DNA of 53,949 nucleotides from an uncultured Oscillospiraceae bacterium (GCA_964571055.1 CAZNAL010000001.1:33649-87597); one strand, 5' to 3'; positions 17,347 to 27,263 are shown, counted from the stretch's first letter. Made by a program: numbers and translations. The notes: generated by a model not told the origin, from the letters alone.

Positions 17347-18069
17347 TTATTTAAATAAGGGGCTCTTGCAGCGTTTGCACTTTCTGTTTTCAATCGGGTT
17401 CTCGCAGGAGCAAACGTTGCAGAAAATGATGCTGTCGTGAGACTTGTCCCGCTTTTCGTAGGTGCCGAAAACAGGATAATAGCGAACCTTATCGCCGATG
17501 TTGTAATAATCGTAAGCCGAGCTGTCGTTTTTGAAGCGGAGCTTCTTTTTTCCGCCGCTGATGCCTTTGAATACGATGGTATAGTCCGTGCGCGCCTTGT
17601 CCGGTGTTTTCTTATCAAACCGCTCCACGGCGGTTTTATCGGCGACCGTGCCCTCCCAAATGGGCTTGTCCAAGCTGCGAAGGCGGAAATAGGCGATGAG
17701 CACCATGATAACCCCGAGGGAAAGGCCCGTGATGATAGCGGCTTTCAGCGGCAGCGATTTGATGAGGAAGCCGGCGACCGTAAGGCCGACGGGGAAGATG
17801 ACGCCGAAAATAATGCCGAACATGCGCGCGGAACGCTGCTGGCGCAGCGCGGCCTTTGCGATCATCGGATCGTTCAGCTTGTCCGACCAGCCGATCAGCG
17901 GGTTTTCACGTTCGCCACCGTCGGTTTCGCTTATGGTATCGGCCGCCGGCTCGGAGGCGGGTTCCGCGGGAACCGTGCTGAGAGCTTCGACCGGCGTTTG
18001 CGCCTCGCCGCACGCGGGGCAAACGGTTACGCCGTCGGAAAGCGCGGCGCCGCAATTAGTGCAATGCAT
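17347..18069 (-). CDS. Zinc-ribbon domain membrane protein (hypothetical)
   Basis: The N-terminal ribbon is MHCTNCGA...CPACGE. Two TM helices follow, then a C-terminal second ribbon CNVCSC...CKRC. The ATG at 18069 has GGAGGT upstream. Confidence 0.7.
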   Translation of the reverse strand: MHCTNCGAALSDGVTVCPACGEAQTPVEALSTVPAEPASEPAADTISETDGGERENPLIGWSDKLNDPMIAKAALRQQRSARMFGIIFGVIFPVGLTVAGFLIKSLPLKAAIITGLSLGVIMVLIAYFRLRSLDKPIWEGTVADKTAVERFDKKTPDKARTDYTIVFKGISGGKKKLRFKNDSSAYDYYNIGDKVRYYPVFGTYEKRDKSHDSIIFCNVCSCENPIENRKCKRCKSPLFK

Positions 18070-18134
18070 GAATGAATACCTCCGAAACAATGATTCTTTA
18101 CTCGTATTATGCCACATTGTGGCGGCCCGCGCAA

Positions 18135-21100
18135 TCAGCTGTCGGTTTCTTGCGTATCCGCGGTATTTTTTCTCTTTTGCAGCTTCTTTTCCTGCCTGCG
18201 CGCACGCTTCGCCGCGCGGCGCTTTGCCCTCGCGTCCTTATCGAACATGAGGTAGAAGGTCGGGATCAGCACGAGCGTGATGATCGTGGAAAACGTCAAG
18301 CCGCCGATCACGCACACGCCAAGGCTTCGCATCACGGGGACGCTCGCGGTGAAGGCCATGGGGATCAAACCGCAAACGGTGGTGAGCGTCGTCATCAGGA
18401 TGGGGCGTAAACGCGTTTTACCGGCTTGGAGCAGCGCTTCATCGGCGGCCATCGATTCGTCACGCCGCAGGATATTCGTATAGTCGATCAATACGATGGC
18501 GTTGTTGACAACGATGCCCGAAAGCATGATAAGCCCCAAGAGCGACGCGATATTGATGGTGCTTCTTGCAAGGAAGAGTGCAAAAAACGCGCCGGTAAAG
18601 GCAAAGGGGACGCTGATCATGACGATGGCGGAGAAGCGCAATGACTCAAACTGGATCGCCATGACGAGGAACACAAGGTAGATCGCGAACAGGAGCGCTT
18701 TGCCGATGGCGGCGAATTCTTCCATCATGGTTTGAATATCGGAGCCTTCCGCAAAGGTGACGCTTGCGGGCATATCCATTTGCCTGTTCACGTTTTGCAT
18801 GACTTCCGCAGTCAGGGCGTTAATATTGAGCCCTACCTTGGGTGTGCCGCTGATCGTCACGAGATACTGTCCATCCTGCCGCGTCAGGGACTCGGGCGAT
18901 ATGCAGTATTCGACCTTCGCGATGTCCGTAAGCGCGACCTGTCCGCCCGTGGGCGTATCCAGCATAAGACCGTAGAGATCGCTCATGTCGCTGAAACGAT
19001 CCGCCATGTATTCCACCATGATGCTGTAATCCGTATTGCCCTCGGAATAGGTCGCGGCTTTGATACCCGAGATTTTCTGGTTCACGCTCATAAGCGCCGC
19101 AGCGGGGGTAAGACCCGCCGCGTTTGCAAGCAGTGGATCCACGACGATCTTCGCCTGTGGCGCGCCGTCAACAAGGCTGGTGGAAACGCTGTCAAAGGAG
19201 GGCATGGCGTCCATGACGTCCTTAATTTGAAACGCCGTTTCCTTCAACAGCGAAAGATCCTTGCCCTGCAGCGTGACCTGCACGTCCGTCGCCGTAAGGG
19301 AAAGCGACTGCTGCGCGGAGACGCCGACCTGACAGTTGGGAAGGGACGCTGTGAGGGCGCGGATATGCGTAACGAATTCATCCGTCGTCATGGAGGCGTT
19401 TTCCTTGAGCGTGATGCTCACGGAGCCGTTGCCGCCACCGCCCATCATGCTGCTGATGCCCGAGGAGGCGCCGCCGCTGATGGAATAGCTTTTCACATCC
19501 GGCTCCGCCTTGACGATGTCCTCCACGCTTTTTAATATTTCAATCGTGTTTTCAAGATTGAGGCCGTTGCGCATCTGGATATCCAGCGAAAGATTCTCGT
19601 TGCTTTGATCCGCCATCAGCTCAAGTCCGAGCTGCGCGTATAAAAAGGCGGTTACGAGAAGCAGCAGGATCGCGATTGTTACAACCATTGTGCGTTTGTG
19701 TAAAACGCGCTGCATCAGGCGCACATAGGCGTCCTCAAGCTTATGCACCGCATCGGGTATGCGTCCCTCGTGCTTTTCCACGGGACGTGTGCGCACAAAG
19801 AGCAGCGGCACAAGCGTAATGGCGCTTACGAGCGACGCGACGAGCGAGAAGATGATGGTGTAGCAGATGTCGTGGAAGATCTGCCCCGACATCCCCTCCA
19901 TTAAACCGATCGGCAGGAAAACGACGATGGTCGTGATGGTGGAGGAAACGATGGCGCTCAACACCAAATTGGCGCCTTCGATGACATTATCCTCAAAGCT
20001 GCGAAGCTCTGTTTGCGCGCGGAAGCAGCTATCGATCACGACGATGGAGTTATCCACCAGCATGCCGATGCCGATGAGCAGACCGCCAAGCGATATAATG
20101 TTGAGCGACATATTGAAGGCGGACATGAGCGTGAGTGCCGCAAAAACGGAAAGCGGCATGGATACGCCGATGATGAGGGAGGTCTTCCAATCGCCAAGGA
20201 ACAGCCACAGCACGGCCATGGCGATCACCATGCCCTCAAGAAGCGCAAGGGCGACGTCCTTGATATTATCCTTGATCTCCGCGCCGCTGTCGTAGAAGAT
20301 TTCTAGCTGTACGCCGAGGTTGGAGTTGTTGAGCTTATCCACAGCCTTCACCACGGCGTTGCAGATATCCACGGTGTTGGCGCTTTGGTTCTTCGCGATG
20401 GTGAGCGTGATGCTTTCCTTGCCGTCCGTGCGGTTGTAGCTTTGTGCGGTCTCGTTGATCATGGCGACGGTAGCCACGTCGCTGATATGGATGATGTCGC
20501 CCGTCCGAAGCGTGAGGGGGACGTTCGCGATATCCATATAATTGCTGAATTCGTTGTTGCCAAGCAGCGCTACCGAAACGTCGCCCCGATCCAGCGTCCC
20601 CACGCCGAAATTGTATTCGGCCGACGCGATGGCGGTGGATATGCTGTTCATGGCAAGACCGTACTGCGCCATGCGGTTCTCATTGAGTAAAACTTGGATA
20701 TACTTGCGCGTGCCGCCCGAAACGGATACGTCGGCAACGCCTTCGATGCGCTCAAGCTCCGGTACGATGGTATCTTCAACGTAGGCCTTGGTGTTGTCGC
20801 TGGCGTCTGCCTGTAGGGAAAGCATCATAATGGAGCTGTTGGAAAGCGCTTGGATGTTGATCTCTATAAGAAGCGGATCGTTGCAGTCGTCGGGCAGTGT
20901 CAGCCTCGCGGTGGAAAGCGCGGAATCAACGTCCGTGTATTTCTTATCCAAATCCACGTTGTAATCAAACTGCATCATGACCATGGAAGTGTTGGATTGC
21001 GATATGGAATAGGTGGTTTTGATCTCCGTGATATTGGCAAGCGACGTTTCGATCACGTCCGTTACCAGCGAGTCGATCTCCTCCGGCGTGGCGTTAGGGT

Positions 21101-21254
21101 AGGTCGTCATGATCATGAGGATGGGCATTTCCATGGCGGGCATGGATTCAAGCGGCATCTCCATGATGGCGGAAAGGCCGAATACGATGAGACTGACCAC
21201 GCACATGAGAATGCAGACCGGCCTTTTTATGGAAAAGCGAGGTAAAGAAAGCAT
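18135..21254 (-). CDS. Efflux RND transporter permease (AcrB/AcrD/AcrF family)
   Basis: 1039 aa with the 12-TM and two-large-loop organisation. The N-terminal FSIKRPVCILMCVVSLIVFG and other RND blocks are conserved. Confidence 0.93.
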   Translation of the reverse strand: MLSLPRFSIKRPVCILMCVVSLIVFGLSAIMEMPLESMPAMEMPILMIMTTYPNATPEEIDSLVTDVIETSLANITEIKTTYSISQSNTSMVMMQFDYNVDLDKKYTDVDSALSTARLTLPDDCNDPLLIEINIQALSNSSIMMLSLQADASDNTKAYVEDTIVPELERIEGVADVSVSGGTRKYIQVLLNENRMAQYGLAMNSISTAIASAEYNFGVGTLDRGDVSVALLGNNEFSNYMDIANVPLTLRTGDIIHISDVATVAMINETAQSYNRTDGKESITLTIAKNQSANTVDICNAVVKAVDKLNNSNLGVQLEIFYDSGAEIKDNIKDVALALLEGMVIAMAVLWLFLGDWKTSLIIGVSMPLSVFAALTLMSAFNMSLNIISLGGLLIGIGMLVDNSIVVIDSCFRAQTELRSFEDNVIEGANLVLSAIVSSTITTIVVFLPIGLMEGMSGQIFHDICYTIIFSLVASLVSAITLVPLLFVRTRPVEKHEGRIPDAVHKLEDAYVRLMQRVLHKRTMVVTIAILLLLVTAFLYAQLGLELMADQSNENLSLDIQMRNGLNLENTIEILKSVEDIVKAEPDVKSYSISGGASSGISSMMGGGGNGSVSITLKENASMTTDEFVTHIRALTASLPNCQVGVSAQQSLSLTATDVQVTLQGKDLSLLKETAFQIKDVMDAMPSFDSVSTSLVDGAPQAKIVVDPLLANAAGLTPAAALMSVNQKISGIKAATYSEGNTDYSIMVEYMADRFSDMSDLYGLMLDTPTGGQVALTDIAKVEYCISPESLTRQDGQYLVTISGTPKVGLNINALTAEVMQNVNRQMDMPASVTFAEGSDIQTMMEEFAAIGKALLFAIYLVFLVMAIQFESLRFSAIVMISVPFAFTGAFFALFLARSTINIASLLGLIMLSGIVVNNAIVLIDYTNILRRDESMAADEALLQAGKTRLRPILMTTLTTVCGLIPMAFTASVPVMRSLGVCVIGGLTFSTIITLVLIPTFYLMFDKDARAKRRAAKRARRQEKKLQKRKNTADTQETDS

Positions 21255-21266
21255 AGTGAAATCCCC

Positions 21267-22934
21267 TTACTCGACCACTTCGATCGTATCGGCGGCCGGG
21301 GCGGCAGGCTGCAAGGAAGCGCAGGCGACGCTGCTTCCATCCTTCAATTCCGGGTGCCATGTGGTGATGACATTGTCGTTTTCGCTTAAACCGCGCGTGA
21401 TCTCAGCTTCCTCGTGCGTCGTCATGCCGAGCGTGACGTCGCGGCGCACGGCGACGCCGTCTTTATAGAGCAGCACATAGGCTTGATTGCCCTCATACTG
21501 GATATAGGAAAGCGGTAAGATTACCGCGTCGTCCGTCTGCGCGGTTGCGGCGCGCACCGTAACGACCGCGCCCGTGCGCTCGATACCCGCGTCGGCGGGC
21601 AGCACGGCTTTGGCGGCATACAGGCCGCTTCCCGTGGTCGCGGCATTGGCGATCTCCGTCACGGTGGCGGTGTATTCCGCGCCGTTTATGGTCACGGCGA
21701 CGGGGGAACCGATGGTCAGCGCATCCGCGCCGGATTCCGAAATATTGAAGGCGACCTGCGGCGCCGTGTCGTCCGCCGCGATCACAAACATGGGCTGGGC
21801 GCTGTTTGCAAAATTGCTGACCACCGCGTTTTTCGTGATGATCGTGCCGGAAACGGGGGCGACGAGCTTACACTTTTCGAGATTGCGCTCCGCCGTTTCC
21901 ACGCCGCGCTGCGCGTTGTCGCAGCTAAGCTGTAGGGTGGAAAGCGTCAGCGCGTTGAGCGCGCCGGTTTCGGAGCGCCCGAGCGTTTCGGATACGCCGA
22001 TGGTCTTGGCGTAATAATCATAATTCTTTGTGATGTCGCGAATCGAGCTGTCGATGGTGCTGGCAGACGTATCGTATTGCTTTTCGTATGTTTCCAGCGC
22101 CGTTTTCATCTGCGTCTCCGCGCCGACTGCGGCGGTATACGCGCCGGAGGCGGTAGTGTAGTTCGTTTTGAGGGCGCTGACATCGAGCCGCAGTAAAGCG
22201 TCGTTCTTGAGTGCTTCTTCAATAACGTATACGTCATAGGTGACGGCGGTGCCTTTAAGATAGCCGACAACTGCCTTTTGGGTAATCTGCGGGTTGATGC
22301 TCTGGATTCTCGCGGTCAGGTTTCCTGAGCTGTCGGTAACTGCTTTATCCGCGGCCTTGTATGCGCTTTCCGCCTTTACCCTTGCGGAAGTCGCGTCCCA
22401 AAGGCGCGCGGTATACTCATCCAGCGTATTTTCAAGCTGCCTGCCGCTGCGCATGGTGTCATAGTACTTATCGACGAGATCGGTCAGCGTCTTTTCGTTG
22501 GACATCTGCTTGGCGATGTAGCCGCTGCCGCTGGTGGAAATGGTCTGCTGCGTCTTGGTCTGTTCCAGCGCGAGCTGCGCGGAGGAAAGGCCGGCTTGGG
22601 CGCTTGCAAGGGCGTTTTGCACATCGGTGGCGTCTACCTCCATAAGAAGCTCGCCCGCTTGCACATATTCGCCCGCGTTTTTATAGACGTTGAGTATTTT
22701 TGCCGGAACCTCGGCGTACAGGTTTACAGAGGTTCCGGATTCGATACGGCCGGAGAATTCCGTTTCCCGCTTCAAGCCGGCGCGCCGCGCCTGCGTGACC
22801 TGTACGTCGATGGCGGTTGATGTGGTTTCCGCCATGGCGTCCGTGGCGGTTTTGTCGCCGCAGGCCGTCAGGAAGAACGCGCACAACACACAAAGACAAA
22901 CGACGGTACGGGTCAGCAAACGGGAACGAAGCAT
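21267..22934 (-). CDS. Efflux RND periplasmic adaptor (membrane fusion) lipoprotein with an extended coiled-coil
   Basis: Lipobox FLTAC|GDK. The barrel-sandwich/lipoyl motifs are VNLYAEVPAKI and GELLMEVD. The C-terminal beta-barrel region is present. The stop is 12 nt upstream of the RND ATG. Confidence 0.85.
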   Translation of the reverse strand: MLRSRLLTRTVVCLCVLCAFFLTACGDKTATDAMAETTSTAIDVQVTQARRAGLKRETEFSGRIESGTSVNLYAEVPAKILNVYKNAGEYVQAGELLMEVDATDVQNALASAQAGLSSAQLALEQTKTQQTISTSGSGYIAKQMSNEKTLTDLVDKYYDTMRSGRQLENTLDEYTARLWDATSARVKAESAYKAADKAVTDSSGNLTARIQSINPQITQKAVVGYLKGTAVTYDVYVIEEALKNDALLRLDVSALKTNYTTASGAYTAAVGAETQMKTALETYEKQYDTSASTIDSSIRDITKNYDYYAKTIGVSETLGRSETGALNALTLSTLQLSCDNAQRGVETAERNLEKCKLVAPVSGTIITKNAVVSNFANSAQPMFVIAADDTAPQVAFNISESGADALTIGSPVAVTINGAEYTATVTEIANAATTGSGLYAAKAVLPADAGIERTGAVVTVRAATAQTDDAVILPLSYIQYEGNQAYVLLYKDGVAVRRDVTLGMTTHEEAEITRGLSENDNVITTWHPELKDGSSVACASLQPAAPAADTIEVVE

Positions 22935-22977
22935 GAGAGTATTACCTGCACTTTACAATAAGTTACGCACAACTAGC

Positions 22978-23007
22978 ATCTTACTGCATTTGCCTATGGC
23001 AATGCAA
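22978..23007 (-). promoter_or_regulatory. Candidate promoter for the adaptor-RND operon with a palindrome in the spacer
   Basis: On the minus strand: TTGCAT (23007-23002), an 18-nt spacer and TAAGAT (22983-22978). The imperfect inverted repeat tgcatttgcc-tat-ggcaatgca (22985-23006) spans most of the spacer and overlaps the -35 box. Confidence 0.35.
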
Positions 23008-23018
23008 GAAAAGAAAGA

Positions 23019-23894
23019 TTAAGGATTCATTAAAATCTGCGCCAACGGCGAATCCTTGCCGAGGATGATGGTTTTTTCATTGCCGGAAAGCGACTTTTTA
23101 AGCGCGTCCAGCGCCATGGTGAAGGTGTAGAATTCCTGCTTGTCCGGCGCGTCATACGCTTCCGCCAAACGGCGCATGTATTCCTGCTCGCCCTCGGCCT
23201 CCAGCTTCGCCGCGTTCGCCTTGGCGTTGGAGATGAGGATGTTCACCTGCTTGTCTACATTGTTATGGATGATAGAGGCCTCATATTCGCCGTCCGCCAC
23301 ATATTTTTCCGCGATCTGGTTACGTTCGGAGATCATGCGCGCGTAAACGGCCTGTTCGTTGGCTTCGGGCAGGTCAAGACGCTTGATCTTTACGTCTACC
23401 ACCTCGATGCCGTAATTCTGGGATACCTTGGAGACGCCCGCGCAAATGCTTTCATAGATCGCGTTGCGTTCCGTAGCTTCGCCTTCATTGATGATGTCGC
23501 GCTGCGCGAGCGTTCCCATGGTGTTTTTGAGCGCGTTGTAGGTGATCGCGTCTAGACGCTGCTCGGCGACGGTCGTATTGCCAAGCGTCTGATAAAACAG
23601 CAGCGGGTCCTTGATGCGCCACAAAACATAGCTGTCCACCGTCATGTTCTGCTTATCCGCGGTCAGCACCTCGGAGGGCGAAATGTCATAGAGCATGGTG
23701 GCCTTGGGGAAGGTCTTCACGCTGTCCATAAAGGGGATCTTGAAGTACAAGCCGGCGTTTCCGGTGGTTTGGATGATCTTTTCAAAACGCACCACGCAGG
23801 CGTATTCGTTTTCCTGCACCACATAAAAGCCTGTGCTGACGCCGATCAACACAGCGAGAAGTACCACGGCGAGAACCAAATGCTTCATCTTCAT
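23019..23894 (-). CDS. hflC: Protease modulator HflC (SPFH/band-7)
   Basis: N-terminal TM helix followed by an SPFH domain. Its start overlaps the hflK stop by 4 nt (ATGA). Confidence 0.85.
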   Translation of the reverse strand: MKMKHLVLAVVLLAVLIGVSTGFYVVQENEYACVVRFEKIIQTTGNAGLYFKIPFMDSVKTFPKATMLYDISPSEVLTADKQNMTVDSYVLWRIKDPLLFYQTLGNTTVAEQRLDAITYNALKNTMGTLAQRDIINEGEATERNAIYESICAGVSKVSQNYGIEVVDVKIKRLDLPEANEQAVYARMISERNQIAEKYVADGEYEASIIHNNVDKQVNILISNAKANAAKLEAEGEQEYMRRLAEAYDAPDKQEFYTFTMALDALKKSLSGNEKTIILGKDSPLAQILMNP

Positions 23895-24901
23895 TGCGCG
23901 TTACCTCCTTGTGCGGGGCTTGTTGCGGACGCGAAGCTCTCAAGCGGCAGCATCATATCCACGTTGCCCTCGCCAGACGCGTCGATGTATACGCGCACAC
24001 CGGGAAGCGCGTCCTCGATGGCTTCATAATACATGCGGGAACGCGTGATTTGCGGGTTGCTGGCGTATTCCTCGTACATGGCTTCAAACATGGCGACCTG
24101 CTCGACGGCTTCGTTGATGCGCTTCTGCTTGAGATATTCCGCGTTCTGCGTCAGCTTGTCCGCCTCCGCTTCGGCGGCGGGAAGCTGCGCGTTGCGATAG
24201 GCCTTGGCTTCGTTGATGACGGTCTCCGCGCTCTGCTTCGCCGTCTCCACGGCCTTAAACGCCTCCGTCACGTCCTGCGTGGGCGGTTCGCTGTCCTGTA
24301 TCTTGACGTCGGTGAGCATGAGGCCTATATCGTAGGTCTCCAGCTCCTCGATGATCAGCTCCTTGACTTGCATCTGCACGGCTTCCTTGCCGTCGGTCAG
24401 CACGGAATCCACGGGCGTGGAGCCTACGACGTTGCGCACTTGGCTCTGCACGAGGTTTTTCAATATCATCTCCGGATTGTAGGAGCCGAAAAGATACTTC
24501 ACGGGGTCGGAAACCTTGTATTCCACAAAAAAGTCCACGTTGACGATGTTGTAATCGCCCGTGATCATCTTGCTTTCGTCCTCGTTTACCTGAAAATCGT
24601 TGGCGTCGCTGCCATTGGTGCGGTAGCCCAGCTCGATGTTCTGATACACGTTAACGTTCACCTTGTAGGCGCGCTGGATCCCAAAGGGAAGCATAAAATG
24701 AATGCCGGCGCTGGTGACGTCCGTAACGCGGCCGAAGGTGGTGACGACAGCCTGCTGCTTATCATCCACTGTGTACCAGCTCGTCATAACGAGTACGCCT
24801 GCTAAAACGAGAATGACAAGCAGGATCGCCGTTCGCTTGACGCGTTTGGTATTGACGGGCTTTCGCGGCGGTTGGCCGCCGTTTTCGTATCGATTTTCCA
24901 T
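23891..24901 (-). CDS. hflK: FtsH protease activity modulator HflK (SPFH/band-7)
   Basis: TM helix followed by an SPFH domain. The start was moved to ATG 24901, which has AAAGGTG 6 nt upstream. The ORF-track start is a GTG three codons earlier. Confidence 0.85.
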   Translation of the reverse strand: MENRYENGGQPPRKPVNTKRVKRTAILLVILVLAGVLVMTSWYTVDDKQQAVVTTFGRVTDVTSAGIHFMLPFGIQRAYKVNVNVYQNIELGYRTNGSDANDFQVNEDESKMITGDYNIVNVDFFVEYKVSDPVKYLFGSYNPEMILKNLVQSQVRNVVGSTPVDSVLTDGKEAVQMQVKELIIEELETYDIGLMLTDVKIQDSEPPTQDVTEAFKAVETAKQSAETVINEAKAYRNAQLPAAEAEADKLTQNAEYLKQKRINEAVEQVAMFEAMYEEYASNPQITRSRMYYEAIEDALPGVRVYIDASGEGNVDMMLPLESFASATSPAQGGNAQ

Positions 24902-25026
24902 GCAGTTCACCTTTCCGCGGCGTTTTAAGAAAACAACCGCTTAATTAATAAATATACACAATATGTAGGTGAACCGCAACCAAGCGCATACAAACGCAAT
25001 GTGAAAAAGTGGTGACAATATACAAA

Positions 25027-25046
25027 TGACCGGCATAAGCCGGTCA
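25027..25046 (-). terminator. Intrinsic terminator after the surface-protein gene
   Basis: On the minus strand: TGACCGGC-ttat-GCCGGTCA followed by TTTGTAT. Confidence 0.65.
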
Positions 25047-25064
25047 AAAGAAGGTATATATTCT

Positions 25065-25787
25065 TTATGCTTTGCGCAGACGATAGGCGGCGAAGAGGAT
25101 CACGGCGAGCGGCAAAGCGGCGAGGATGGGGGTGGGAGCGCCTGTAGAGGGCACGTTGCCAACGGGCGTGGAGGAAACAGGCGTACCGGCGGTAAACATC
25201 AGCGCCTTGGTAAGCGTCGCCTGTGCGGGCAGGCTTGCCGTCACCACGTCGTACCAAACCATGAGCTGCGCGCCCTTGCCGATGCTTGTGGCGGCGACGT
25301 TTTGCGTGCCCGTTTCCGCGAAGGCTTCGACGTTTAAGCCCTGCGGGATGCTGACGATGAGATCGCCCTTGGCGTTTGTTAGGTGCGTGCCATTTGCGTC
25401 GGTCGTAACGGAGCCGACCTCAAAGAAGAAGCCGTTTGCCGTGTTTGCGTCCACCGTAACGATCATGGTGTGCAGATAGCTCTGCGCGGGCACGCTCTTG
25501 GTAACGGGCAGCCTTGTCCACGCGTAGAAGGACGCGCCCACGGGGATGGAAGCAAGCGTCATGGGTACGCCGTTCGTGCAGTTGATAAAGCGGGTATTTG
25601 CGTCCACGATGAGCTGCATGGTCGTTCCGTCGTTCTGCTTGATCTCAATATAGGTATCAAGACCGTTCGTGCCGGTACCGGTCACAACGCCGCTGACCCC
25701 GCGGAAGGTTTGGGATGCTGCAAACGTGTTTGCGGACAATGCAAAAAGCAATGATAAGGCTAAGATCGCTGTAAAAAATTTCTTCAT
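25065..25787 (-). CDS. Secreted protein with a sortase-type C-terminal sorting signal (hypothetical function)
   Basis: The Sec signal is MKKFFTAILALSLLFALSANTFA|AS. The C-terminus is VPSTG, then the hydrophobic stretch APTPILAALPLAVILFAAY, then the basic tail RLRKA. Confidence 0.7.
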   Translation of the reverse strand: MKKFFTAILALSLLFALSANTFAASQTFRGVSGVVTGTGTNGLDTYIEIKQNDGTTMQLIVDANTRFINCTNGVPMTLASIPVGASFYAWTRLPVTKSVPAQSYLHTMIVTVDANTANGFFFEVGSVTTDANGTHLTNAKGDLIVSIPQGLNVEAFAETGTQNVAATSIGKGAQLMVWYDVVTASLPAQATLTKALMFTAGTPVSSTPVGNVPSTGAPTPILAALPLAVILFAAYRLRKA

Positions 25788-25889
25788 TTTCTAGGTTCCC
25801 CTTTCAAAATTGGTTGCGGTTCTGTCGAATCCGTCAATAATACGCGCCGCGTGGAACCAAGGTTGCAAGGAGAAGCATGGATATATTAA

Positions 25890-26663
25890 CTATTTTTTCC
25901 TGTTGTTATTTTTCAAGGTGAGGCGGCAGAGAAGAATGCTGATCTCATAAAGAAGGATCATGGGAACCGCAGCGACGATCTGCGAAACGGCATCCGGCGG
26001 CGTGATGATGGCCGCAAGAATAAAGATCATCAAAATGGCGTATTTACGCGCGCGGATCAAATAGGCGGGCTTGAGGACGCCCGCTTGCGAGAGCAGGATC
26101 GTCAGCATGGGAAGCTCAAAAAGCGCGCCGAAGGCCGCGAGCATGCCAAGAACGAAACGAAGGTAGCTTGCAAAGGAAATATTCGCTTCGATTGCCTGCG
26201 AGGTGTTGAAGCGCACAAAAAAATCCAGCGTAAAGGGCAAAATGACAAAATAGCAAAACGCCGCGCCGAGAAGGAAGAAAAGGAAGCCGCCGACGAGCGC
26301 CAACGCGCCTTTTTTCTTTTCGGTATCCGTCAATCCGGGCGCTATGAACGCCCACATTTCAAAAAGAAGGAGGGGGGAAGCGCAGCAAAGCGCCGCCACG
26401 AAAGCGACATGCATATAGGCTGTAACAAGCTCGGCGGGCGCCAAGTACACAAACGAAAAACCGTCGCCCAGCTTCAACAGCCAATCCACAAGCGGCTGCA
26501 CGAACAGGAAGGCGGTGATGAATAGGAGAAAAACGATGCAAACGCATAAAAAAGAACGGCGGCGCAGCTCACGCAGATGCGCCGTGACGGGCATCGTAGC
26601 GCGCGCGGGCGTTCCCGCCGTTTTGTTATCGGATACGTCTTTTCTTTGCGGATCGGTTGCCAT
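25890..26663 (-). CDS. tatC: Twin-arginine translocase subunit TatC
   Basis: HLRELRRR motif and 6 TM helices. No clear SD precedes either ATG 26663 or the internal ATG 26594, so the start is uncertain. Confidence 0.9.
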   Translation of the reverse strand: MATDPQRKDVSDNKTAGTPARATMPVTAHLRELRRRSFLCVCIVFLLFITAFLFVQPLVDWLLKLGDGFSFVYLAPAELVTAYMHVAFVAALCCASPLLLFEMWAFIAPGLTDTEKKKGALALVGGFLFFLLGAAFCYFVILPFTLDFFVRFNTSQAIEANISFASYLRFVLGMLAAFGALFELPMLTILLSQAGVLKPAYLIRARKYAILMIFILAAIITPPDAVSQIVAAVPMILLYEISILLCRLTLKNNNRKK

Positions 26664-26671
26664 AGGAAGGA

Positions 26672-26863
26672 TCAGACGTCGTCCTTATCTTGATCCTGCC
26701 GTTTTGCTTCCTCGTCGGCGGATTCTTCGTTCAGACCCTTCTTAAAGCTGCCGATGGTTTTGCCGATGGATTTGCCGAGCTTGGGAAGCGCCGTCGGCCC
26801 AAAGATGACCAACGCGATTGCAAGGATAATCAATAGCTCCGTTGCGCCGATTCTGGAAAACAT
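26672..26863 (-). CDS. tatA: Twin-arginine translocase TatA/TatE family subunit
   Basis: MFSRIGATELLIILAIALVIFGPTALPKLGKSIGKTIGSFKKG. GGAGGT lies 5 nt upstream. Confidence 0.9.
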   Translation of the reverse strand: MFSRIGATELLIILAIALVIFGPTALPKLGKSIGKTIGSFKKGLNEESADEEAKRQDQDKDDV

Positions 26864-26890
26864 GCCATACCTCCATGCACATTGATAGGA

Positions 26891-27127
26891 TTATTTGCGA
26901 ATGTCCTTTTGTATATCCTCAATATCTTTTTTTATTTTGCCAAGTTCTTCGTCCAGCGAACCTTCCTCATCCGAAAGCTCTTTGGTGATGGAACCAAGAA
27001 AGGCCTTCGCCTTGCCCGTAGCTTTTCCTATGGCTCTGCCAAGCGCGGGAAGCTTGTCGGGACCAAAGATCAGGAGCGCCACAAAAAGAATGATAAGCAG
27101 TTCGCCCAAACCGATACGTGCCGCCAT
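26891..27127 (-). CDS. tatA: Second TatA/TatE family subunit with an acidic coiled C-terminal tail
   Basis: MAARIGLGELLIILFVALLIFGPDKLPALGRAIGKATGKAK. The ATG at 27127 has GGAGG upstream. The 133-aa ORF-track extension is rejected. Confidence 0.85.
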   Translation of the reverse strand: MAARIGLGELLIILFVALLIFGPDKLPALGRAIGKATGKAKAFLGSITKELSDEEGSLDEELGKIKKDIEDIQKDIRK

Positions 27128-27263
27128 TCCAGCGCCTCCTCTGTGGATACTATGCGCATTATAGCATAGTTGTTTTGTACATGCACTTCTTTTCTCTTGC
27201 GCATAAACGCGTTTCTCCGTATACTTGCAGGGAAGAAACCGAAAAGAAGAAGGAGACGGCACT

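Noticed and set aside
23894-24805. Other long antisense ORFs: 23894-24805 opposite hflK; 34840-35820 opposite larE/larB; 36401-37330 opposite larC; 44451-45206 opposite the sensor-MFS gene; 18732-19535 opposite the RND gene; and 12699-13436 opposite uvrC.
   Set aside because: Same explanation. The three checked (23894-24805, 34840-35820 and 36401-37330) are codon-registered shadows of well-supported genes. All translate to Arg/Ala/Gly/His-rich sequence and lack translation signals.
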